DNA of 58,831 nucleotides from Saprospiraceae bacterium (GTDB lineage Bacteria; Bacteroidota; Bacteroidia; Chitinophagales; Saprospiraceae): NCBI GenBank assembly GCA_028277915.1, contig JANQFJ010000209.1, positions 1 to 58,831 of the forward strand, read 5' to 3'. Shown piece by piece: positions 51,465 to 58,831 of this stretch (position 1 is its first letter; each line of letters starts with the position of its first letter). The notes under the pieces were generated by a model. It saw only the letters and a program-made list of their open reading frames with translations, ran no database searches and was not told where the DNA came from. The position numbers and the translations under genes were made by a program.

Positions 51465-51989
51465 TTACTTTTTTGGTTGCCAGGGGCTACTTCGGGGAAT
51501 CCACCGGGGGACATTCTTTTTGTAAACCTCGTAATCTTTTCCAAATCGTTTTTTCAAATCAGGTTCCTCTTTTACAATGAAATAAACATAGTTTATAATG
51601 AAGAAAAAAAGCATCCAGCAAAAAATGGGAAAAGACTTTAACAGCAGGCTTTCGGCGATCAAAATGCACAAAACACCAGAAATCATCGGATTGCGAACGT
51701 AACGATATGGTCCTTCGACAACTAATTTTTGCGTTGGATGCCATGGGGCAAGCGTCCCTTCTCCTTTTCTGTAAAACAATGCAATGGTTTGCCACATTAA
51801 GGTCAGTCCCGAAATCAAAGCTATGATCCCAAGTGGAATGGTGATCCAGTTGGGTTGATTGATTAAAAAAGCCGATTGACTAGATTTTGTCAAATTGAAA
51901 ATTATCACAGGGATGATGATCAAAACATTAAATGGCAAAATGGCAATGGAAAGAAAAACATGAAAAGGAGTAGGAGAGGATGTAGCCAT
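51465..51989 (-). CDS. Membrane methyltransferase family protein (ICMT/PEMT-like)
   Basis: 174 aa with about 4 TM segments. The motif is LVVEGPYRYVRNPMISG. Confidence 0.65.
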   Translation of the reverse strand: MATSSPTPFHVFLSIAILPFNVLIIIPVIIFNLTKSSQSAFLINQPNWITIPLGIIALISGLTLMWQTIALFYRKGEGTLAPWHPTQKLVVEGPYRYVRNPMISGVLCILIAESLLLKSFPIFCWMLFFFIINYVYFIVKEEPDLKKRFGKDYEVYKKNVPRWIPRSSPWQPKK

Positions 51990-52084
51990 TTGGATTTTTT
52001 TGATGGATAATTATTTTTTAAGACGCTTGTCAATTAAATTTAAGACAATTTTGCTGTCGATCCAAAACCGAAAACCTAAATCCA

Positions 52085-54826
52085 ATGTCAATGAAAAAAG
52101 GGATACTTTTTACGATTTGTCTGTTCTTTTTTGCAACTGCTTTATCGCAAGAACTAAGTATTCATAATCCACGATGTGAGTACAAAACCAATCCTGTAGG
52201 AATTGATGAAATACAACCCAGGTTTAGCTGGGAGTTGGTTTCCAGGCAAAGAAATGTGATGCAGACAGCCTATCAAATCAAGGTCGCCAAAACGGCAGCT
52301 GATTTAAAAAAAAGTAAAAATTTGGTTTGGGATAGTGGAAAAATAGCTTCTGATCAATCCGTTCATGTAGAATATACCGGAGAAAAACTGGAATCACGGC
52401 AACGCTATTTTTGGGAGGTGCAGGTTTGGGACAACCATGATAATTCAGCAATGCTTCAAAGCCCTGCTTTTTGGGAAATGGCTTTATTGTCTCCTGGTGA
52501 ATGGCAGGCCAGGTGGATCGAAGTGACTTGGAAAGAGGATCCCAAATTATCACAACCTGTTCAGTTGTTTCGAAAAACATGTAATCTGGAAAATAAAATT
52601 CAATCTGCCAGGTTGTACATTACGGCCCGAGGACTTTATGAAACTTCTATCAATGGAATGCTGGTAACTGAAGACATTTTTACGCCAGGCTGGACGAGTT
52701 ATAACAAACGATTGCAATATCAAACGTACGATGTGACGAAACTTTTAAAAAGTGGTAAAAATGCTATTGCTGTAAAACTCGGCGATGGCTGGTATCGTGG
52801 CAATATGGGATTTTTCGGTGAGCGAAACCAATATGGTGAAACGCTCAGTTTGCTGCTTCAGATGGAAATTACTTATAAAAATGGAAAAAAAGAAACCATC
52901 ATTTCTGATCCAAGTTGGAAAACATCAACGGGGCCATACCTTTGGTCAGATATTTACAACGGTGAAATCTATGATGCAAATCTTGAAATTGAAGGTTGGG
53001 AGCTCGCTGATTATGATGATGCCAATTGGAAAAATGCTCGTGAAGCGATGACTTCTACTGCGAAATTGATTGCTCCTGCTGGCCCTCCAGTTCGCAGAAT
53101 CGAGGTTTTAAAACCACAAACTTTAATCAAAACTCCAAAAGGTGAAACAGTCCTTGATTTTGGTCAAAATATGGTAGGTCGGGTTCGTTTTAAAGTGAAA
53201 GGAAACAAAGGAGACACTTTAAAAATTTATCATGCAGAAGTATTGGACAAAGAAGGCAACTTTTATACAGAAAATCTCCGTGCTGCAAAACAAATGGCAT
53301 ATTACATCTGTGATGGTAAAAAAGGGCATTTTTATGAACCGTTGTTCACTTTTATGGGATTTCGGTACATTAAGCTGGAAGGTTGGAAGGCTGATCCGGA
53401 TCTCAACGATTTTGAAGGGGTTGTGATCCATTCTGATATGACTCCAACAGGTGATTTTGAATGCTCTGACGCCTTGATCAATCAATTGCAACACAACATT
53501 CGATGGGGACAAAAAGGCAATTTTTTGGATGTTCCTACCGATTGTCCGCAACGAGATGAGCGAATGGGCTGGACTGGCGATGCTCAGGCTTTTTCGAGGA
53601 CAGCCGCTTTCAATATGGATGTCGCTAGCTTTTTTACAAAATGGAACGGTGATTTTGCAGCAGATCAACGGGCTGACGGCATGATCCCGTTTGTCATCCC
53701 TAATGTGCTTGGAAAAGACGAAGGTGCGGCGACAGGTTGGGCAGATGCGGTGACGATCATCCCCTGGAATCAATATCTCGCTTTTGGCGATAAACGCATT
53801 CTTGAAAGACAGTACGAAACGATGAAAGGCTGGATAAAATACATGGAAACGAACGCTGGCCAAGATTACCTCTGGAACACGGGTTTTCATTTTGGAGACT
53901 GGCTTTTTTACAGCGTAAATGACGATCGTGATGGCAAATCGGCGATTACAGACAAATATTTTCTAGCGCAAGCTTTCTTTGCTCATTCTACAGACATTGT
54001 TAGAAAGACAGCGACAATTTTGGGTAAAGCTGATGATGAAAAATATTATTCAGCACTCCATGAAAAAGTGAAAAAAGCTTTTCTGGATGAATATGTTTCA
54101 CCGAATGGAAGAATCAGTTCTGGAACACAAACATCCTACGTTTTAGCTTTGCAATTTGATTTGCTTCCGGAAGATAAAAGAGCTTTGGGAGCTGAAAGGC
54201 TCATGAAAAATATCAAACTTTATAAAGACCACATTACAACAGGATTTTTAGGAACACCGCACATCTGCCATGTTTTGACAGATTATGGCTATCTCGAAAA
54301 AGCTTACACTCTTTTAGAACAGAAGACCTATCCCTCATGGCTTTATCCCGTTACCAAAGGAGCCACTACGATTTGGGAGCGCTGGGATGGTATTATGCCG
54401 GATGGCAATTTGCAAAACAAAACAATGAATTCGTTCAACCATTACGCTTATGGGGCGATTGGAGATTGGCTATATCGAGTTGTCGCAGGAATTGATATTG
54501 ATGAAAATAATCCAGGCTATAAAAAAGTGATCATTGCACCCAAACCTGGAGGTTCCCTGACTTCTGCAAAGGCTTATCATCTTTCAATGTTCGGAAAAAT
54601 TGAATCGGATTGGGTTATTGAAAACGATAAATTCAAATTACAGGTTATTGTTCCACCAAATACGACAGCAAATATTGTTTTACCAAATGCAACACTGGAA
54701 AAAGTAACCGAAAATTATCAAGCTTTAAAACGTGAAAACGGAATCCACCATTTTGAACAAGTAGGTAAAAACGTTGAACTACAAATCGGTTCTGGAAAAT
54801 ACTCGTTTACCTTCCCAGTAAAATAA
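52085..54826 (+). CDS. Alpha-L-rhamnosidase (glycoside hydrolase family 78)
   Basis: 913 aa with a signal peptide. The start is PRFSWEL. The catalytic-domain hallmark is DVPTDCPQRDERMGWTGDAQAF. WERWDG is also present. Confidence 0.9.
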   Translation: MSMKKGILFTICLFFFATALSQELSIHNPRCEYKTNPVGIDEIQPRFSWELVSRQRNVMQTAYQIKVAKTAADLKKSKNLVWDSGKIASDQSVHVEYTGEKLESRQRYFWEVQVWDNHDNSAMLQSPAFWEMALLSPGEWQARWIEVTWKEDPKLSQPVQLFRKTCNLENKIQSARLYITARGLYETSINGMLVTEDIFTPGWTSYNKRLQYQTYDVTKLLKSGKNAIAVKLGDGWYRGNMGFFGERNQYGETLSLLLQMEITYKNGKKETIISDPSWKTSTGPYLWSDIYNGEIYDANLEIEGWELADYDDANWKNAREAMTSTAKLIAPAGPPVRRIEVLKPQTLIKTPKGETVLDFGQNMVGRVRFKVKGNKGDTLKIYHAEVLDKEGNFYTENLRAAKQMAYYICDGKKGHFYEPLFTFMGFRYIKLEGWKADPDLNDFEGVVIHSDMTPTGDFECSDALINQLQHNIRWGQKGNFLDVPTDCPQRDERMGWTGDAQAFSRTAAFNMDVASFFTKWNGDFAADQRADGMIPFVIPNVLGKDEGAATGWADAVTIIPWNQYLAFGDKRILERQYETMKGWIKYMETNAGQDYLWNTGFHFGDWLFYSVNDDRDGKSAITDKYFLAQAFFAHSTDIVRKTATILGKADDEKYYSALHEKVKKAFLDEYVSPNGRISSGTQTSYVLALQFDLLPEDKRALGAERLMKNIKLYKDHITTGFLGTPHICHVLTDYGYLEKAYTLLEQKTYPSWLYPVTKGATTIWERWDGIMPDGNLQNKTMNSFNHYAYGAIGDWLYRVVAGIDIDENNPGYKKVIIAPKPGGSLTSAKAYHLSMFGKIESDWVIENDKFKLQVIVPPNTTANIVLPNATLEKVTENYQALKRENGIHHFEQVGKNVELQIGSGKYSFTFPVK

Positions 54827-54874
54827 CAATTAACTTTAAACCTATTACTTTTAACAACATAACCACTTGAACTC

Positions 54875-55258
54875 ATGACGCTCGAAGAATTCAAAAACCA
54901 TTGTCTTTCAAAAAAAGGTGTTGAAGAAACCTATCCTTTCAAAGGCGAAGCTGTCTGGATGAAAGTGATGGGGAAAATGTTTGCACTGTCTTTTGTAGAG
55001 GATTTTAAAATGGATGGACAAATGATGTCCCCCTTTTCATTTATCAATCTGAAATGCAATCCTGAATATGCTTTGCAATTGCGTGAAAAGCACGGTGCCA
55101 TTCGTCCAGGTTGGCATCAAAATAAGACCAATTGGAATTCAGTTTGGATGGATGGCAGTCTTGCTGATGATTTCGTCAAAGAGCTGATTGATCATTCCTA
55201 TGAAGAGGTCTGCAAAGGATTGACCAAAAAAGCAAAAGCAGAGCTGGAATTGTTATGA
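54875..55258 (+). CDS. MmcQ/YjbR-family DNA-binding protein
   Basis: 127 aa. The pattern is HCLSKKGVEETYPFKGEAVWMKVMGKMFA. Confidence 0.75.
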   Translation: MTLEEFKNHCLSKKGVEETYPFKGEAVWMKVMGKMFALSFVEDFKMDGQMMSPFSFINLKCNPEYALQLREKHGAIRPGWHQNKTNWNSVWMDGSLADDFVKELIDHSYEEVCKGLTKKAKAELELL

Positions 55259-57652
55259 TTTCCCGTTGTTGGCAGCCAAAACCAGTTTGCTCTCCGCTTT
55301 CAAAGCACCTTTTTTATGGAAGACAACATCCGCCCGCAAGGCTTTCATGCCCGAAACACCTTGCAATTCCTGAAGGTCGAGCCATTCGATGTTTGGTCCG
55401 ATATAATTGATCGACTGCAAATATTCGAGGTATTTGATGTATTCTCTTGCTTCGCTCTCCTGGGAATATACAATGGCGATTTTTCCAGGTTGTGTTAAAC
55501 GCTCGGTAGTTCCGTTGATGTAAGCTTTGTCGATGCGTTTTTTGATGATTTCATAACGAACGTTGTAGGCTCCATCGACATCGAAATGCTTGTCTTCCTG
55601 TTGAAACCGGATCGTAATCGGATTGTTGTGGATCAAAATCAAAGAGCAGATGTCCAGCGGCACTTTCAGGCTGGGTTTCAGCCTTTCATGTGCATTTTCA
55701 ACTTCACAGATCATCATCAATTGCCACAATCGTAAATTAGCTAAAAATATTGGGTCAAATTCGCGATTGCTGACCATGGATTGCCCGATGTAGATATTGT
55801 GTTCTACCCCGTCGGTTTTGTATTTTTCAAAATAGTGAGGAAACATTTTTTGTGCTTCTTCCTGTGCTTTGTCAACGTATTCGGCAATATTGTTATTGAT
55901 TCTAGAAACGCTATCTTCGTAATCTTTTCGTTTATCGTAAATGACACCGAGGCTTTCATCCAAACTGTCCATATAATTTTTCACAGTTTTTTTGAGTTCA
56001 CCATTTTGTTTGTTGAGATGCCTGAAAACGGGATAAATTTCACGTTTTAAAAAATCCAAAATACTAATCTCATCACCTGCTCCAAGCCCTTTTTTCAGAA
56101 TTTTGATGTGTTTTTTTATACGAAAATTGAAATCCTGGTAAATGGGTAGCGGATTGTTTTTGATTGCCAAATCCAAAACTTTACGGGCCTGGTTCAGTTG
56201 CTGGATCATATCCTTTTGAATGGCTGCGTTTCTTGCAGTCGAAGAACCTTTGATGTCTGATTGACCGTAAAGTGGATAAACTTCGGGAAATGAAATTTCC
56301 TCCATCTCATTGCTTCCATCAATTCTTCGCTGGTGCAGCAATTTTTCAGCGGCTTCCATGAACCGCCAGGTGACACTTGGATGGATGGCAGTACATTTTT
56401 CCTGGATGATCGCTTCCAGCTGTGTTTCCAACTCTTCAATAGAACGCTCAAGTGCCGTGGCAAAAAGTGGAGCAATCTGCTCCAGTTTTTTAGTGACGAC
56501 CGAATCCAAAACTTTTGAATCTTCGGATCCTAATTCCATATGACCAATGATTTCATTTTCGATCATCAGAGGAATAGCGATATAGCTTTTTAAGTTCATT
56601 TTGACCAATTTCTCGACAAGCGGATTGCCGATCATATTCTCATCCAGCTGAAAGTGGGAAGCGGCTAATGATTCTTTATCTTTAAAAATATGCGAATATG
56701 AATAGTTGCAAAAAGCATCATCGGCATTGCTACAGTCTTTGTCAGAAAGTATAATGCTGTTCCAAAAACCATAAGCCAGAGATTTCAACTGATTTCTGTC
56801 TTTGTCGAAAGCTGTGAACCCAAGCTTTATTTTTGGATTACCCAACATGGAAGCCAACTGGAAACGAATGCGTTCGAGGATCTCGGGAGAGTGTAAAGCA
56901 TCTTTTTTGAGCAGATCGTATTTGAGTGCCGAAATCGCTTCTTCGTTGGTGACATCAATCAGGCTCATCAGGGCAAAGCCATCATACTCGAAACTGTTTG
57001 GTGGAATTTTTTCTTTCCAAAGCTCAATGTCATCAAAGTTATCTTTTAACTGCTGGATTTCTTCATCAGAAAGCGGTTTGAAGTTTTTGTTGGGTTCGAA
57101 ATTTGAAAAATCACCGTTAACCAACACCCGATAATGTTTCATCAACCCTGTCTTTTGATCTTTCAGATCAATGTAGAGGGACTCATTATAATTGATACCG
57201 GCTCCATATCTAAAATTAAGAATGAACACACAGGCATTGATGTACATCATGTCGTGGTTCATCACCCGCATACTGAAATTTTGTTCCATTCCAGCAGCAT
57301 TGTAAATATTTTCAAGTCGTTCGGAAAGATTAAAAAGTATTGGTTTGAAAGGAATACTGGCTGCCTTGATCTCGTTTTTTGTGGTCAATTCAGGGAAAAC
57401 AGGAGAAAGTAACAACCTGATTTCTTTTTCATATTTATCAATTATGGCCTCATCCTCAAATGACTTTTTGAGGACTTTGACCCTGTTAAGCTTTTTAAGT
57501 GTTTTATTAGCATAAGAAGCGACCTCTTCAATCTTGCTATCCGCAAGCTTTTCCCAATATTCGAACATCTTGGCAAAGTTGAATTTTACTTTGAATGGAA
57601 GGTCATTCTGTTCGAAAAAGCCGTGGCTGGCAAATTTTTTAACGTAGGACAT
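55253..57652 (-). CDS. GAF-domain protein with large uncharacterised N- and C-terminal regions
   Basis: 799 aa. GAF-like core: LKSYIAIPLMIENEIIGHMELGSEDSKVLDS...LFATALERS. No recognisable output domain and no TM segments. Confidence 0.6.
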   Translation of the reverse strand: MSYVKKFASHGFFEQNDLPFKVKFNFAKMFEYWEKLADSKIEEVASYANKTLKKLNRVKVLKKSFEDEAIIDKYEKEIRLLLSPVFPELTTKNEIKAASIPFKPILFNLSERLENIYNAAGMEQNFSMRVMNHDMMYINACVFILNFRYGAGINYNESLYIDLKDQKTGLMKHYRVLVNGDFSNFEPNKNFKPLSDEEIQQLKDNFDDIELWKEKIPPNSFEYDGFALMSLIDVTNEEAISALKYDLLKKDALHSPEILERIRFQLASMLGNPKIKLGFTAFDKDRNQLKSLAYGFWNSIILSDKDCSNADDAFCNYSYSHIFKDKESLAASHFQLDENMIGNPLVEKLVKMNLKSYIAIPLMIENEIIGHMELGSEDSKVLDSVVTKKLEQIAPLFATALERSIEELETQLEAIIQEKCTAIHPSVTWRFMEAAEKLLHQRRIDGSNEMEEISFPEVYPLYGQSDIKGSSTARNAAIQKDMIQQLNQARKVLDLAIKNNPLPIYQDFNFRIKKHIKILKKGLGAGDEISILDFLKREIYPVFRHLNKQNGELKKTVKNYMDSLDESLGVIYDKRKDYEDSVSRINNNIAEYVDKAQEEAQKMFPHYFEKYKTDGVEHNIYIGQSMVSNREFDPIFLANLRLWQLMMICEVENAHERLKPSLKVPLDICSLILIHNNPITIRFQQEDKHFDVDGAYNVRYEIIKKRIDKAYINGTTERLTQPGKIAIVYSQESEAREYIKYLEYLQSINYIGPNIEWLDLQELQGVSGMKALRADVVFHKKGALKAESKLVLAANNGKS

Positions 57653-57826
57653 GTATTAAGGTTTTGACTAGATCTTAAATTCCGATAAAAGGCTTGTTTA
57701 CAACCTTTTGATAATAACAAAGTTTGTACACTGAAGGTTCTCAGCGAAACAATATTGCTGAATTTATTCAATGACCTAAAACTTAAGGGAGATTGATTTT
57801 GCCTGTGCCAACAGATAAGAAATGTA

Positions 57827-58282
57827 CTAATAAAGTGTCTTTTCATAACGTCCGGATTTTTCCAAAACTAAAATCCTGTACACTACGGTTTTTACAATTG
57901 ACTGTTCATCGTGATGAAACTGAACCATTCCATGAGACGAAATACTTTTATCGCCGGCAGTGTTCATTTCGAGTTTTTTCATAAAAAACTCAAGCGCTTC
58001 TTCACCGGATGGTCCCATCAGTTCCTGATACACACCTTGGACAATCACACTTCGCCAATTGGCCATATCTTCCATGGCATCTACTTCAAAACAAATATTG
58101 GGATTTTTTCGCATCATCTCGATTTTGAGTCCTTCCCTCGAGTGACCGTAGATGTATTTTCCATCATACGCGAATGTTGTTGGAACGACGTACACCTTTC
58201 CGTCAGCATAACAGCCAATCCTGCCCAGGCGCTCGTGATTAAGAATTTGATCGATTTCGGCATTAACGAGTGATCCTGTCAT
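57827..58282 (-). CDS. Pyridoxamine 5'-phosphate oxidase-like (FMN-binding split-barrel) family protein
   Basis: 151 aa. The pattern is LGRIGCYADGKVYVVPTTFAYDGKYIYGHS...FEVD. Confidence 0.7.
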   Translation of the reverse strand: MTGSLVNAEIDQILNHERLGRIGCYADGKVYVVPTTFAYDGKYIYGHSREGLKIEMMRKNPNICFEVDAMEDMANWRSVIVQGVYQELMGPSGEEALEFFMKKLEMNTAGDKSISSHGMVQFHHDEQSIVKTVVYRILVLEKSGRYEKTLY

Positions 58283-58502
58283 GATGTTTACATTTTAATT
58301 AAAATAACCGCCTTTGAACAATTATAATAAAAATGGAAAGATTTTAAACTGAGGAAAATCATCGAAGCACTTAATTTTTATCAACTGGATATCGGACTCT
58401 TGATTGACTAATCTCACTGAGAAGTTTGACAAACATCATCTACAATTAATTGATTTAACCTTAGATTTGAAACAAGCATTAAATTCATTTGACAAACAAA
58501 CA

Positions 58503-58831
58503 ATGAGGCAGCATCCTGAAAATACACCCCAAAAAACCACTCCCCCCGGCAAAAATCCTTTCCGGCAGGTTACTTTTTGGTTGTACTTTTTGCTTGCCAT
58601 TTTTCTATTCTATCAGTTTTTCTCAAATTTTGGAAAATCAGCCCCAAAAGAAACTGACTGGAACAGATTTGAAACCGAAATGCTGGCGAATGGTGATGTT
58701 GAAAAAGTAGATATAATAAATAAGGAAAAAGCCGAAGTTTATCTCAGTCCGGAAAAGATTAATGCTGAAAAATACCCTGAAATAAAGGAAGGTAGTCCCG
58801 GGCCCCACTTTTACTTTACCATCGGATCTGT
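58503..58831 (+). CDS. ftsH: ATP-dependent zinc metalloprotease FtsH, N-terminal fragment (runs off the window)
   Basis: The ATG at 58503 opens a frame to the window end. It reads MRQHPENTPQKTTPPGKNPFRQVTFWLYFLLAIFLFYQFF (a TM segment), then ...WNRFETEMLANGDVEKVDIINK...GPHFYFTIGS. This matches the Bacteroidota FtsH N-terminal periplasmic region as I remember it. It is absent from the ORF track because it is truncated. Confidence 0.55.
   Translation, partial: MRQHPENTPQKTTPPGKNPFRQVTFWLYFLLAIFLFYQFFSNFGKSAPKETDWNRFETEMLANGDVEKVDIINKEKAEVYLSPEKINAEKYPEIKEGSPGPHFYFTIGS

Noticed and set aside
53219-53890. 223-aa minus-strand ORF inside the GH78 rhamnosidase gene, and similar long antisense ORFs (for example 4465..4953, 6298..6834, 10465..10908, 32894..33226, 34491..34907 and 46316..46682)
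   Set aside because: All lie wholly within, and antisense to, long ORFs with clear family motifs. Their translations are low-complexity or Cys/Phe/Ser-rich with no motifs. They are typical shadow ORFs.
1-58831. Genomic island or mobile element explanation for the toxin-like module or the denitrification cluster
   Set aside because: No integrase, transposase, recombinase, tRNA gene, direct-repeat boundary or phage or conjugation gene is visible anywhere in the window. Horizontal origin remains possible but cannot be supported from this sequence alone. I could not compute compositional statistics reliably by eye.

Overview
Chromosomal window of 58.8 kb from a low-GC Bacteroidota-type genome. 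The phylum call rests on T9SS C-terminal sorting domains, a hybrid two-component regulator with an AraC output, TonB-dependent and CarboxypepD_reg outer-membrane proteins, an ECF sigma factor and a CzcA-OMF fusion. All family calls were made by eye from motifs in the supplied translations; no database search was run. I saw no rRNA or tRNA genes, CRISPR arrays, integrases or transposases. Left to right: (1) a frameshifted DUF5916-like OM protein and a relic T9SS sorting domain. (2) A heavy-metal RND efflux operon (small His/Asp-rich protein, CzcA fused to an outer-membrane factor, His-rich adaptor) whose pump gene carries one in-frame TGA. (3) Assorted genes: VOC, DUF1801, and TetR divergent from a SulP plus beta-carbonic-anhydrase pair. 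(4) A denitrification cluster, norC-norB-nirS-TonB receptor-norQ-cytochrome c'-like lipoprotein-norD, in which norB also carries one in-frame TGA. (5) The most unusual part: three consecutive signal-peptide genes encoding a beta-trefoil-like plus ankyrin-repeat protein of about 1000 aa, a Q/N-rich then lysine-rich disordered protein, and a hemopexin/jacalin/MACPF pore-former candidate, all downstream of a hybrid sensor kinase. (6) Housekeeping and envelope genes: DPP3-like peptidase, uvrA, ECF sigma, a hupE-like/DUF/yidD/hemB operon, an OmpA plus coiled-coil pair, a T9SS-tagged di-haem peroxidase, an OM barrel, GH78 rhamnosidase, a GAF protein and the ftsH 5' end. The best candidate for something undescribed is the ankyrin / polycationic IDP / lectin-MACPF module. 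Secondary puzzles are the two in-frame TGA codons (the czcA one at a conserved Arg position, the norB one probably so) and a nirS with no haem d1 biosynthesis genes nearby but an embedded BtuB-like receptor.
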